A stretch of 64,000 nt of DNA from Eledone cirrhosa. Taxonomy: Eukaryota. The translations under genes were made by a program, and so were the position numbers. Below are positions 1 to 18,000 of the stretch, piece by piece (positions within the stretch are counted from its first letter, which is position 1; each line of letters starts with the position of its first letter). The notes under the pieces are model-generated. The model was not told the origin of the DNA and made no database searches. It worked only from the letters and a program-made list of their open reading frames with translations. The stretch lies in contig OZ024742.1 in NCBI GenBank assembly GCA_964016885.1, positions 203,856,001-203,920,000 of the forward strand, in the 5' to 3' direction.

Positions 1-3000
1 CAACACCAACAACACCACCACCCACAGCAACACCAACAACACCACCACCCTCAGCAACACCAACAACACCACCATCCTCAGCAACATCAACAACACCACC
101 ATCCACAGCAACACCAACAACACCACCACCCTCAGCAACACCAACAACACCACCACCCCCAGCAACACCAACAACACCACCATCCACAGCAACACCAACA
201 ACACCACCACCCTCAGCAACACCAACAACACCACCACCCCCAGCAACACCAACAACACCACCACCCTCAGCAACACCAACAACACCACCATCCCCAGCAA
301 CACCAACAACACCACCATCCTCAGCAACACCAACAACACCACCACCCACAGCAACATCAACAACACCACCACCCTCAGCAACACCAACAACACCACCACC
401 CCCAGCAACACCAACAACACCACCACCCCCAGCAACACCAACAACAACACCACCCTCAGCAACACCAACAACACCACCACCCCCAGCAACACCAACAACA
501 CCACCACCCTCAGCAACACCAACAACACCACCATCCCCAGCAACACCAACAACACCACCATCCTCAGCAACACCAACAACACCACCACCCCCAGCAACAC
601 CAACAACACCACCATCCTCAGCAACACCAACAACACCACCACCCCCAGCAACACCAACAACACCACCACCCCCAGCAACACCAACAACAACACCACCCTC
701 AGCAACACCAACAACACCACCACCCCCAGCAACACCAACAACACCACCACCCCCAGCAACACCAACAACACCACCATCCTCAGCAACACCAACAACACCA
801 CCACCCCCAGCAACACCAACAACACCACCACCCCCAGCAACACCAACAACACCACCACCCCCAGCAACACCAACAACACCACCACCCTCAGCAACACCAA
901 CAACACCACCACCCTCAGCAACACCAACAACACCACCACCCTCAGCAACACCAACACCACCACCACCCTCAGCAACACCAACAACACCACCAACCTCAGC
1001 AACATCAACAACACCACCATCCTCAGCCACACCAACAACACCACCACCCCCAGCAACACCAACAACACCACCACCCCCAGCAACACCAACAACACCACCA
1101 CCCCCAGCAACATCAACAACACCACCACCCTCAGCAACACCAATACCACCACCACCCTCAGCAACACCAACAACACCACCATCCTCAGCAACACCAACAA
1201 CACCACCATCCTCAGCAACACCAACAACACCACCATCCACAGCAACACCAACAACACCACCACCCCCAGCAACACCAACAACACCACCATCCTCAGCAAC
1301 ACCAACAACACCACCACCATCCTCAGCAACACCAACAACACCACCACCCTCAGCAACACCAACAACACCACCACCCTCAGCAACACCAACAACACCACCA
1401 CCCTCAGCAACACCAACAACACCACCAACCTCAACAACACCACCACCCCCAGCAACACCAACAACACCACCATCCTCAGCAACACCAACAACACCACCAC
1501 CCTCAGCAACACCAGCAACACCACCACCCTCAGCAACACCAACAACACCACCACCCCCAGCAACACCAACAACACCACCACCCTCAGCAACACCAACACC
1601 ACCACCACCCTCAGCAACACCAACAACACCACCAACCTCAGCAACACCAACAACACCACCACCCTCAGCAACACCAACAACACCACCACCCCCAGCAACA
1701 CCAATAACACCACCACCCTCAGCAACACCAACACCACCACCACCCTCAGCAACACCAACAACACCACCAACCTCAGCAACACCAACAACACCACCACCCT
1801 CAGCAACACCAACAACACCACCACCCCCAGCAACACCAACAACACCACCACCCTCAGCAACACCAACAACACCACCACCCTCAGCAACACCAACAACACC
1901 ACCATCCTCAGCAACACCAACAACACCACCACCCCCAGCAACACCAACAACACCACCACCCCCAGCAACACCAACAACACCACCATCCTCAGCAACACCA
2001 ACAACACCACCACCCTCAGCAACACCAACAACACCACCACCCTCAGCAACACCAACAACACCACCATCCTCAGCAACACCAACAACACCACCACCCTCAG
2101 CAACACCAACAACACCACCATCCTCAGCAACACCAACAACACCACCACCCTCAGCAACACCAACAACACCACCACCCTCAGCAACACCAACAACACCACC
2201 ACCCCCAGCAACACCAACAACACCACCACCCTCAGCAACACCAACAACACCACCACCCTCAGCAACACCTACAACACCACCATCCTCAGCAACACCAACA
2301 ACACCACCATCCTCAGCAACACCAACAACACCACCATCCTCAGCAACACCAACAACACCACCACCCCCAGCAACACCAGCAACACCACCACCCCCAGCAA
2401 CACCAACAACACCACCACCCTCAGCAACACCAACAACACCACCACCCTCAGCAACACCTACAACACCACCACCCTCAGCAACACCTACAACACCACCACC
2501 CCCAGCAACACCAACAACACCACCACCCCCAGCAACACCAACAACACCACCATCCTCAGCAACACCAACAACACCACCACCCTCAGCAACACCAACACCA
2601 CCACCACCCTCAGCAACACCAACAACACCACCACCCCCAGCAACACCAACAACACCACCACCCTCAGCAACACCAACAACACCACCACCCCCAGCAACAT
2701 CAACAACACCACCATCCTCAGCAACACCAACAACACCACCATCCTCAGCAACACCAACAACACCACCACCCTCAGCAACACCAACAACACCACCACCCTC
2801 AGCAACACCAACAACACCACCATCCTCAGCAACATCAACAACACCACCATCCTCAGCAACACAAACAACACCACCACCCTCAGCAACACCAACAACACCA
2901 CCACCCTCAGCAACACCAACAACACCACCATCCTCAGCAACACCACCATCCTCAGCAACACAAACAACACCACCACCCCCAGCAACATCAACAACACCAC

Positions 3001-6000
3001 CACCCTCAGCAACACCAATACCACCACCATCCTCAGCAACACTAACACCACCACCCTCAGCAACACCAACAACACCACCACCCTCAGCAACACCACCATC
3101 CTCAGCAACACAAACAACACCACCACCCTCAGCAACACCAACAACACCACCACCCTCAGCAACACCAACAACACCACCACCCCCAGCAACATCAACAACA
3201 CCACCACCCTCAGCAACACCAATACCACCACCATCCTCAGCAACACCAACACCACCACCCTCAACAACACCAACTACACCACCACCCTCAGCAACACCAA
3301 CAACACCACCATCCTCAGCAACATCAACAACACCACCACCCCCAGCAACACCAACGACACCACTACCCTCAGCAACACCAACAACACCACCACCCTCAGC
3401 AACATCAACAACACCACCATCCTCAGCAACACCAACAACACCACCACACTCAGCAACACCAACAACACCACCATCCTCAGCAACACCAACAACACCACCA
3501 CCCTCAGCAACATCAACAACACCACCATCCTCAGCAACACCAACAACACCACCACCCTCAGCAACACCAACAACACCACCATCCTCAGCAACACCAACAA
3601 CACCACCACCCTCAGCAACACCAACAACACCACCACCCTCAGCAACACCAACAACACCACCACCCCCAGCAACACCAACGACACCACTACCCTCAGCAAC
3701 ACCAACACCACCACCACCCTCAGCAACATCAACAACACCACCATCCTCAGCAACACCAACAACACCACCACACTCAGCAACACCAACAACACCACCATCC
3801 TCAGCAACACCAACAACACCACCACCCTCAGCAACATCAACAACACCACCATCCTCAGCAACACCAACAACACCACCATCCTCAGCAACACCAACAACAA
3901 CACCACCCTCAGCAACACCAACAACACCACCATCCTCAGCAACACCAACAACACCACCACACTCAGCAACACCAACAACACCACCATCCTCAGCAACACC
4001 AACAACACCACCATCCTCAGCAACACCAACAACACCACCATCCTCAGCAACACCAACAACACCACCACCCTCAGCAACACCAACAACACCACCATCCTCA
4101 GCAACACCAACAACACCACCACACTCAGCAACACCAACAACACCACCATCCTCAGCAACACCAACAACACCACCACCCTCAGCAACACCAACAACACCAC
4201 CATCCTCAGCAACACCAACAACACCACCACCCTCAGCAACACCAACAACACCACCATCCTCAGCAACACCAACAACACCACCACCCTCAGCAACACCAAC
4301 AACACCACCACCCCCAGCAACACCAACAACACCACCACCCTCAGCAACACCAACAACACCACCACACTCAGCAACACCAACAACACCACCATCCTCAGCA
4401 ACACCAACAACACCACCACCCCCAGCAACACCAACGACACCACTACCCTCAGCAACACCAACAACACCACCACCCCCAGCAACACCAACAACACCACCAT
4501 CCTCAGCAACATCAACAACACCACCACCCTCAGCAACACCAACGACACCACTACCCTCAGCAACACCAACAACACCACCACCCTCAGCAACACCAACAAC
4601 ACCACCATCCTCAGCAAATCCAACAACACCACCACCCTCAGCAACACCAACAACACCACCATCCTCAGCAACACCAACAACACCACCACCCTCAGCAACA
4701 TCAACAACACCACCACCCTCAGCAACACCAACAACACCACCATCCTCAGCAAATCCAACAACACCACCACCCTCAGCAACACCAACAACACCACCACCCT
4801 CAGCAACATCAACAACACCACCATCCTCAGCAAATCCAACAACACCACCACCCTCAGCAACACCAACAACACCACCATCCTCAGCAACACCAACAACACC
4901 ACCACCCTCAGCAACATCAACAACACCACCACCCTCAGCAACACCAACAACACCACCACCCTCAGCAACACCAACAACACCACCACCCCCAGCAACAACA
5001 ACACCACCATCCTCAGCAACACCAACAACACCACCACCCTCAGCAACACCAACAACACCACCACCCCCAGCAACAACAACACCACCACCCTCAGCAACAC
5101 CAACAACACCACCACCCTCAGCGACACCAACAACACCACCACCCCCAGCAACAACAACACCACCATCCTCAGCAACACCAACAACACCACCACCCTCAGC
5201 AACACCAACAACACCACCACCCTCAGCAACACCAACAACACCACCACCCCCAGCAACACCAACACCACCACCCTCAGCAACACCAACAACACCACCACCC
5301 TCAGCGACACCAACAACACCACCACCCCCAGCAACAACAACACCACCACCCTCAGCAACACCAACAACACCACCACCCTCAGCAACACCAACAACACCAC
5401 CATCCTCAGCAACACCAACAACACCACCACCCTCAGCAACACCACCACCACCACCATCCTCAGCAACACCAACAACACCACCACCCTCAGCAACACCAAC
5501 AACACTACCATCCTCAGCAACACCAACAACACCACCACCCCCAGCATCACCAACAACACCACCACACTCGGCAACATCAACAACACCACCACCCCCAGCA
5601 ACACCAACAACACCACCACCCTCAGCAACACCAACAACACCACCACCCTCGGCAACACCAACAACACCACCACCCCCAGCAACACCAACAACACCACCAC
5701 CCTCAGCAACACCAACAACACCACCACCCTCAGCAACACCAACAACACCACCACCCCCAGCAACACCAACAACACCACCACCTCCAGCAACATCAACAAC
5801 ACCACCACCCTCAGCAACACCAACAACACCACCACCCCAGCAACACCAACAACACCACCACCCTCAGCAACACCAACAACACCACCACCTCCAGCAACAT
5901 CAACAACACCACCACCCTCAGCAACACCAACAACACCACCACCCCAGCAACACCAACAACACCACCACCCTCAGCAACACCAACAACACCACCACCTCCA

Positions 6001-9000
6001 GCAACATCAACAACACCACCACCCTCGGCAACACCAACAACACCACCACCCCCAGCAACACCAACAACACCACCACCCTCAGCAACACCAACAACACCAC
6101 CACCCTCAGCAACACCAACAACACCACCATCCTCAGCAACACCAACAACACTACCACCCTCAGCAACGCCAACAACACCACCACCCCCAGCAACTCCAAC
6201 AACACCACCGCCCCCAGCAACACCAACAACACTACCACCCCAAGCAACATCAACAACACCCCCACACTCAGCAACACCAACAACACCACCACCCTCAGCA
6301 ACACCAACAACACCACCATCCTCAGCAACACCAACAACACCACCATCCTCAGCAACACCAACAACACCACCACCCCCAGCAACACCAACAACACCACCAC
6401 CCTCAGCAACACCAACAACACCACCACCCTCAGCAACACCAACAACACCACCATCCACAGCAACACCAACAACACCATCATCCCCAGCAACACCAACAAC
6501 ACCACCATCCCCAGCAACACCAACAACACCACCACCCCCAGCAACACCAACAACACCACCACCCTCAGCAACACCTACAACACCACCACCCTCAGCAACA
6601 CCAACAACACCACCAACCTCAGCAACACCAACAACACCACCACCCCCAGCAACACCAACAACACCACCACCCCCAGCAACACCAACAACACCACCACCCT
6701 CAGCAACACCAACAACACCACCACCCTCAGCAACACCAACAACACCACTACCCTCAGCAACATCAACAACACCACCACCCTCAGCTACACCAACAACACC
6801 ACTACCCTCAGCAACACCAACTACACCACCACCCTCAGCAACACCAACAACACCACCACCCTCAGCAACACCAACAACACCACCACCCCCAGCATCACCA
6901 ACAACACGACCACCCTCAGCATCACCAACAACACCACCACCCTCAGCAACATCAACAACACCACCATCCACAGCAACACCAACAACACCACCACCCCCAG
7001 CAACACCAACAACACCACCACCCTCAGCAACACCAACAACACCACCACCCCCAGCAACACCAACAACACCACCACCCCCAGCAACACCAACAACACCACC
7101 ACCCTCAGCAACACCAACAACACCACCACCCTCAGCAACACCAACAACACCACTACCCTCAGCAACATCAACAACACCACCACCCTCAGCTACACCAACA
7201 ACACCACTACCCTCAGCAACACCAACAACACCACCACCCTCAGCAACACCAACTACACCACCACCCTCAGCAACACCAACAACACCACCACCCTCAGCAA
7301 CACCAACAACACCACCACCCCCAGCATCACCAACAACACCACCACCCTCAGCATCACCAACAACACCACCACCCTCAGCAACATCAACAACACCACCATC
7401 CACAGCAACACCAACAACACCACCACCCCCAGCAACACCAACAACACCACCACCCTCAGCAACACCAACAACACCACCACCCCCAGCATCACCAACAACA
7501 CCACCACCCTCAGCATCACCAACAACACCACCACCCTCAGCAACATCAACAACACCACCATCCACAGCAACACCAACAACACCACCACCCCCAGCAACAC
7601 CAACAACACCACCAGCCTCAGCAACACCAACAACACCACCACCCCCAGCAACACCAATAACACCACCACCCCCAGGAACACCAACAACACCACCATCCCC
7701 AGCAACACCAACAACACCACCACCCCCAGCAACACCAACAACACCACCATCCCCAGCAACACCAACAACACCACCGCCCCCAGCAACACCAACAACACCA
7801 CCGCCCCTAGCAACACCAACAACACCACCACCCTCAACAACTCCAACAACACCACCATCCTCAGCAACACCAACAACACCACCACCCCCAGCAACACCAA
7901 CAACACCACCACCCACAGCAACACCAACAACACCACCACCCTCAGCAACACCAACAACACCACCATCCTCAGCAACATCAACAACACCACCATCCACAGC
8001 AACACCAACAACACCACCACCCTCAGCAACACCAACAACACCACCACCCCCAGCAACACCAACAACACCACCATCCACAGCAACACCAACAACACCACCA
8101 CCCTCAGCAACACCAACAACACCACCACCCCCAGCAACACCAACAACACCACCACCCTCAGCAACACCAACAACACCACCATCCCCAGCAACACCAACAA
8201 CACCACCATCCTCAGCAACACCAACAACACCACCACCCACAGCAACATCAACAACACCACCACCCTCAGCAACACCAACAACACCACCACCCCCAGCAAC
8301 ACCAACAACACCACCACCCCCAGCAACACCAACAACAACACCACCCTCAGCAACACCAACAACACCACCACCCCCAGCAACACCAACAACACCACCACCC
8401 TCAGCAACACCAACAACACCACCATCCCCAGCAACACCAACAACACCACCATCCTCAGCAACACCAACAACACCACCACCCCCAGCAACACCAACAACAC
8501 CACCATCCTCAGCAACACCAACAACACCACCACCCCCAGCAACACCAACAACACCACCACCCCCAGCAACACCAACAACAACACCACCCTCAGCAACACC
8601 AACAACACCACCACCCCCAGCAACACCAACAACACCACCACCCCCAGCAACACCAACAACACCACCATCCTCAGCAACACCAACAACACCACCACCCCCA
8701 GCAACACCAACAACACCACCACCCCCAGCAACACCAACAACACCACCACCCCCAGCAACACCAACAACACCACCACCCTCAGCAACACCAACAACACCAC
8801 CACCCTCAGCAACACCAACAACACCACCACCCTCAGCAACACCAACACCACCACCACCCTCAGCAACACCAACAACACCACCAACCTCAGCAACATCAAC
8901 AACACCACCATCCTCAGCCACACCAACAACACCACCACCCCCAGCAACACCAACAACACCACCACCCCCAGCAACACCAACAACACCACCACCCCCAGCA

Positions 9001-12000
9001 ACATCAACAACACCACCACCCTCAGCAACACCAATACCACCACCACCCTCAGCAACACCAACAACACCACCATCCTCAGCAACACCAACAACACCACCAT
9101 CCTCAGCAACACCAACAACACCACCATCCACAGCAACACCAACAACACCACCACCCCCAGCAACACCAACAACACCACCATCCTCAGCAACACCAACAAC
9201 ACCACCACCATCCTCAGCAACACCAACAACACCACCACCCTCAGCAACACCAACAACACCACCACCCTCAGCAACACCAACAACACCACCACCCTCAGCA
9301 ACACCAACAACACCACCAACCTCAACAACACCACCACCCCCAGCAACACCAACAACACCACCATCCTCAGCAACACCAACAACACCACCACCCTCAGCAA
9401 CACCAGCAACACCACCACCCTCAGCAACACCAACAACACCACCACCCCCAGCAACACCAACAACACCACCACCCTCAGCAACACCAACACCACCACCACC
9501 CTCAGCAACACCAACAACACCACCAACCTCAGCAACACCAACAACACCACCACCCTCAGCAACACCAACAACACCACCACCCCCAGCAACACCAATAACA
9601 CCACCACCCTCAGCAACACCAACACCACCACCACCCTCAGCAACACCAACAACACCACCAACCTCAGCAACACCAACAACACCACCACCCTCAGCAACAC
9701 CAACAACACCACCACCCCCAGCAACACCAACAACACCACCACCCTCAGCAACACCAACAACACCACCACCCTCAGCAACACCAACAACACCACCATCCTC
9801 AGCAACACCAACAACACCACCACCCCCAGCAACACCAACAACACCACCACCCCCAGCAACACCAACAACACCACCATCCTCAGCAACACCAACAACACCA
9901 CCACCCTCAGCAACACCAACAACACCACCACCCTCAGCAACACCAACAACACCACCATCCTCAGCAACACCAACAACACCACCACCCTCAGCAACACCAA
10001 CAACACCACCATCCTCAGCAACACCAACAACACCACCACCCTCAGCAACACCAACAACACCACCACCCTCAGCAACACCAACAACACCACCACCCCCAGC
10101 AACACCAACAACACCACCACCCTCAGCAACACCAACAACACCACCACCCTCAGCAACACCTACAACACCACCATCCTCAGCAACACCAACAACACCACCA
10201 TCCTCAGCAACACCAACAACACCACCATCCTCAGCAACACCAACAACACCACCACCCCCAGCAACACCAGCAACACCACCACCCCCAGCAACACCAACAA
10301 CACCACCACCCTCAGCAACACCAACAACACCACCACCCTCAGCAACACCTACAACACCACCACCCTCAGCAACACCTACAACACCACCACCCCCAGCAAC
10401 ACCAACAACACCACCACCCCCAGCAACACCAACAACACCACCATCCTCAGCAACACCAACAACACCACCACCCTCAGCAACACCAACACCACCACCACCC
10501 TCAGCAACACCAACAACACCACCACCCCCAGCAACACCAACAACACCACCACCCTCAGCAACACCAACAACACCACCACCCCCAGCAACATCAACAACAC
10601 CACCATCCTCAGCAACACCAACAACACCACCATCCTCAGCAACACCAACAACACCACCACCCTCAGCAACACCAACAACACCACCACCCTCAGCAACACC
10701 AACAACACCACCATCCTCAGCAACATCAACAACACCACCATCCTCAGCAACACAAACAACACCACCACCCTCAGCAACACCAACAACACCACCACCCTCA
10801 GCAACACCAACAACACCACCATCCTCAGCAACACCACCATCCTCAGCAACACAAACAACACCACCACCCCCAGCAACATCAACAACACCACCACCCTCAG
10901 CAACACCAATACCACCACCATCCTCAGCAACACTAACACCACCACCCTCAGCAACACCAACAACACCACCACCCTCAGCAACACCACCATCCTCAGCAAC
11001 ACAAACAACACCACCATCCTCAGCAACACCAACAACACCACCACCCTCAGCAACACCAACAACACCACCACCCCCAGCAACATCAACAACACCACCACCC
11101 TCAGCAACACCAATACCACCACCATCCTCAGCAACACCAACACCACCACCCTCAACAACACCAACTACACCACCACCCTCAGCAACACCAACAACACCAC
11201 CATCCTCAGCAACATCAACAACACCACCACCCCCAGCAACACCAACGACACCACTACCCTCAGCAACACCAACAACACCACCACCCTCAGCAACATCAAC
11301 AACACCACCATCCTCAGCAACACCAACAACACCACCACACTCAGCAACACCAACAACACCACCATCCTCAGCAACAACAACAACACCACCACCCTCAGCA
11401 ACATCAACAACACCACCATCCTCAGCAACACCAACAACACCACCACCCTCAGCAACACCAACAACACCACCATCCTCAGCAACACCAACAACACCACCAC
11501 CCTCAGCAACACCAACAACACCACCACCCTCAGCAACACCAACAACACCACCACCCCCAGCAACACCAACGACACCACTACCCTCAGCAACACCAACAAC
11601 ACCACCACCCTCAGCAACATCAACAACACCACCATCCTCAGCAACACCAACAACACCACCACACTCAGCAACACCAACAACACCACCATCCTCAGCAACA
11701 CCAACAACACCACCACCCTCAGCAACATCAACAACACCACCATCCTCAGCAACACCAACAACACCACCATCCTCAGCAACACCAACAACAACACCACCCT
11801 CAGCAACACCAACAACACCACCATCCTCAGCAACACCAACAACACCACCACACTCAGCAACACCAACAACACCACCATCCTCAGCAACACCAACAACACC
11901 ACCATCCTCAGCAACACCAACAACACCACCATCCTCAGCAACACCAACAACACCACCACCCTCAGCAACACCAACAACACCACCATCCTCAGCAACACCA

Positions 12001-15000
12001 ACAACACCACCACACTCAGCAACACCAACAACACCACCATCCTCAGCAACACCAACAACACCACCACCCTCAGCAACACCAACAACACCACCATCCTCAG
12101 CAACACCAACAACACCACCACCCTCAGCAACACCAACAACACCACCATCCTCAGCAACACCAACAACACCACCACCCTCAGCAACACCAACAACACCACC
12201 ACCCCCAGCAACACCAACAACACCACCACCCTCAGCAACACCAACAACACCACCACACTCAGCAACACCAACAACACCACCATCCTCAGCAACACCAACA
12301 ACACCACCACCCCCAGCAACACCAACGACACCACTACCCTCAGCAACACCAACAACACCACCACCCCCAGCAACACCAACAACACCACCATCCTCAGCAA
12401 CATCAACAACACCACCACCCTCAGCAACACCAACGACACCACTACCCTCAGCAACACCAACAACACCACCACCCTCAGCAACATCAACAACACCACCACC
12501 CTCAGCAACACCAACAACACCACCATCCTCAGCAAATCCAACAACACCACCACCCTCAGCAACACCAACAACACCACCATCCTCAGCAACACCAACAACA
12601 CCACCACCCTCAGCAACATCAACAACACCACCACCCTCAGCAACACCAACAACACCACCATCCTCAGCAAATCCAACAACACCACCACCCTCAGCAACAC
12701 CAACAACACCACCACCCTCAGCAACATCAACAACACCACCATCCTCAGCAAATCCAACAACACCACCACCCTCAGCAACACCAACAACACCACCATCCTC
12801 AGCAACACCAACAACACCACCACCCTCAGCAACATCAACAACACCACCACCCTCAGCAACACCAACAACACCACCACCCTCAGCAACACCAACAACACCA
12901 CCACCCCCAGCAACAACAACACCACCATCCTCAGCAACACCAACAACACCACCACCCTCAGCAACACCAACAACACCACCACCCCCAGCAACAACAACAC
13001 CACCACCCTCAGCAACACCAACAACACCACCACCCTCAGCGACACCAACAACACCACCACCCCCAGCAACAACAACACCACCATCCTCAGCAACACCAAC
13101 AACACCACCACCCTCAGCAACACCAACAACACCACCACCCTCAGCAACACCAACAACACCACCACCCCCAGCAACACCAACACCACCACCCTCAGCAACA
13201 CCAACAACACCACCACCCTCAGCGACACCAACAACACCACCACCCCCAGCAACAACAACACCACCACCCTCAGCAACACCAACAACACCACCACCCTCAG
13301 CAACACCAACAACACCACCACCCTCAGCAACACCAACAACACCACCATCCTCAGCAACACCAACAACACCACCACCCTCAGCAACACCAACAACACCACC
13401 ACCCCCAGCAACACCAACAACACCACCTTCCTCAGCAACACCAACAACACCACCACCCACAGCAACACCAACAACAACACCACCCCCAGCAACACCAACA
13501 ACACCACCACCCACAGCAACACCAACAACACCACCACCCCCAGCAACACCAACAACACCGTCACCCTCAGCAACACCAACAACACCACCATCCTCAGCAA
13601 CACCAACAACACCACCACCCTCAGCAACACCAACAACACCACCACCCCCAGCAACACCAACAACACCACCTTCCTCAGCAACACCAACAACACCACCACC
13701 CTCAGCAACACCAACAACACCACCACCCTCAGCAACACCAACAACACCACCACCCTCAGCAACACCAACAACACCACCACCCTCAGCAACATCATCAACA
13801 CCACCACCCCCAGCAACACCAACAACACCACCACCCCCAGCAACACCAACAACACCACCATCCTCAGCAACACCAACAACACCACCACCTCAGCAACACC
13901 AACAACACCACCACCCCCAGCAACACCAACAACACCACCATCCTCAGCAACACCAACAACACCACCACCTCAGCAACATCAACAACACCACCACCCTCAG
14001 CAACACCAACAACACCACCATCCTCAGCAACACCAACAACACCACCACCCTCAGCAACATCATCAACACCACCACCCCCAGCAACACCAACAACACCACC
14101 ACCCTCAGCAACACCAACAACACCACCACCCTCAGCAACATCATCAACACCACCACCCCCAGCAAAACCAACAACACCACCACCCTCAGCAACACCAACA
14201 ACACCATCATCCTCAGCAACACCAACAACACCACCACCCCCAGCAACATCATCAACACCACCACCCCCAGCAACACCAACAACACCACCACCCTCAGCAA
14301 CACCAACAACACCACCACCCTCAGCAACACCAACAACACCACCATCCTCAGCAACACCAACAACACCACCACCCTCAGCAACACCAACAACACCACCACC
14401 CTCAGCAACACCAACAACACCACCACCTTCAGCAACACCGACAACACCACCACCCCCAGCAACACCAACAACACCACCACCTTCAGCAACACCAACAACA
14501 CCACCACCCCCAGCAACACCAACAACACCACCACCCACAGCAACACCAACAACACCACCACCCTCAGCAACACCAACAACACCACCACCCCCAGCAACAT
14601 CAACAACACCACCATCCTCAGCAACACCAACAACACCACCACCCCCAGCAACACCAACAACACCACCACCCTCAGCAACATCAACAACACCACCATCCTC
14701 AGCAACACCAACAACACCACCACCCTCAGCAACACCAACAACACCACCATCCTCAGCAACACCAACAACACCACCACCCTCTGCAACACCAACAACACCA
14801 CCATCCTCAGCAACACCAACAACACCACCACCCTCAGCAACACCAACAACACCGCCATCCTCAGCAACACCAACAACACCACCACCCTCAGCAACACCAA
14901 CAACACCACCACCCCCAGCAACATCAACAACACCACCACCCTCAGCAACACCAATACCACCACCATCCTCAGCAACACCAACAACACCACCACCCTCAGC

Positions 15001-18000
15001 AACACCAACAACACCACCATCCTCAGCAACACCAACAACACCACCACCCCCAGCAACATCAACAACACCACCACCCTCAGCAACACCAATACCACCACCA
15101 TCCTCAGCAACACCAACAACACCACCACCCTCAGCAACACCAACAACACCACCACCCTCAGCAACACCAACAACACCACCACCCCCAGCAACATCAACAA
15201 CACCACCACCCTCAGCAACACCAATACCACCACCATCCTCAGCAACACCAACAACACCACCACCCTCAGCAACACCAACAACACCACCATCCTCAGCAAC
15301 ACCAACAACACCACCATCCCCAGCAACACCAACAACACCACCACCCCCAGCAACATCATCAACACCACCACCCTCAGCAACACCAACAACACCGCCATCC
15401 TCAGCAACACCAACAACACCACCACCCTCAGCAACACCAACAACACCACCACCCCCAGCAACATCAACAACACCACCACCCTCAGCAACACCAATACCAC
15501 CACCATCCTCAGCAACACCAACAACACCACCACCCTCAGCAACACCAACAACACCGCCATCCTCAGCAACACCAACAACACCACCACCCTCAGCAACACC
15601 AACAACACCACCACCCCCAGCAACATCAACAACACCACCACCCTCAGCAACACCAACAACACCACCACCCCCAGCAACACCAACAACACCACCATCCTCA
15701 GCAACACCAACAACACCACCACCCTCAGCAACACCAACAACACCACCACCCCCAGCAACACCAACAACACCACCACCCTCAGCAACACCAACAACACCAC
15801 CATCCTCAGCAACACCAACAACAACACCACCCTCAGCAACACCAACAACACCACCATCCTCAGCAACACCAACAACACCACCACCCTCAGCAACATCAAC
15901 AACACCACCACCCTCAGCAACACCAACAACACCACCATCCTCAGCAACACCAACAACACCACCCTCAGCAACACCAACAACACCACCACCCCCAGCAACA
16001 CCAACAACACCACCACCCTCAGCAACACCAACAACACCACCACCCTCAGCAACACCAACAACACCACCACCCTCAGCAACACCAACAACACCACCACCCT
16101 CAGCAACACCAACAACACCACCATCCCCAGCAACACCAACAACACCACCATCCTCAGCAACACCAACAACACCACCACCCCCAGCAACACCAACAACACC
16201 ACCATCCTCGGCAACACCAACAACACCACCACCCCCAGCAACACCAACACCACCACCCTCAGCAACACCAACAACACCACCATCCTCAGCAACACCAACA
16301 ACACCATCACCCTCAGCAACACCAACAACACCACCACCCTCAGCAACACCAACAACACCACCATCCCCAGCAACACCAACAACACCACCATCCTCAGCAA
16401 CACCAACAACACCACCATCCCCAGCAACACCAACAACACCACCATCCTCGGCAACACCAACAACACCACCACCCCCAGCAACACCAACACCACCACCCTC
16501 AGCAACACCAACAACACCACCACCCTCAGCAACACCAACAACACCACCATCCTCAGCAACACCAACAACACCACCATCCTCAGCAACACCAACAACACCA
16601 CCATCCTCAGCAACACCAACAACACCACCACCCCCAGCAACACCAACACCACCACCCTCAGCAACACCAACAACACCACCACCCTCAGCAACACCAACAA
16701 CACCACCATCCTCAGCAACACCAACAACACCACCATCCTCGGCAACACCAACAACACCACCACCCCCAGCAACACCAACACCACCACCCTCAGCAACACC
16801 AACAACACCACCACCCTCAGCAACACCAACAACACCACCATCCTCAGCAACACCAACAACACCACCATCCCCAGCAACACCAACAACACCACCACCCTCA
16901 GCAACACCAACAACACCACCATCCTCAGCAACACCAACAACACCACCTTCCTCAGCAACACCAACAACACCCCCACCCCCAGCAACACCAACAACACCAC
17001 CATCCTCAGCAACACCAACAACACCCCCACCCCCAGCAACACCAACAACACCACCATCCTCAGCAACACCAACAACACCACCATCCCCAGCAACACCAAC
17101 AACACCACCATCCTCAGCTACACCAACAACACCACCACCCACAGCAACACCAACAACACCACCACCCTCAGCAACACCAACAACACCACCATCCTCAGCA
17201 ACACCAACAACACCACCACCCTCAGCAACACCAACAACACCACCACCCTCAGCAACACCAACAACACCACCACCCTCAGCAACACCAACAACACCACCAC
17301 CCTCAGCAACACCAACAACACCACCACCCTCAGCAACACCAACAACACCACCATCCTCAGCAACACCAACAACACCGCCATCCTCAGCAACACCAACAAC
17401 ACCGCCATCCTCAGCAACACCAACAACACCACCATCCTCAGCAACACCAACAACACCACCACCCTCAGCAACACCAACAACACCACCATCCCCAGCAACA
17501 CCAACAACACCACCACCCTCAGCAAGATCAACAACACCACCACCCCCAGCAACACCAACAACACCACCACCCTCAGCAACACCAACAACACCACCACACT
17601 CAGCAACACCAACAACACCACCACCCCCAGCAACACCAACAACACCACCACCCTCAGCAACACCAACAACACCACCATCCTCAGCAACACCAACAACACC
17701 ACCACCCTCAGCAACACCAACAACACCACCATCCCCAGCAACACCAACAACACCACCACCCTCAGCAAGATCAACAACACCACCACCCCCAGCAACACCA
17801 ACAACACCACCACCCTCAGCAACACCAACAACACCACCACCCTCAGCAACATCAACAACACCACCATCCCCAGCAACACCAACAACACCACCACCTTCAG
17901 CAACACCAACAACACCACCACCCTCAGCAACACCAACAACACCACCCTCAGCAACACCAACAACACCACCACCCTCAGCAACACCTACAACACCACCACC

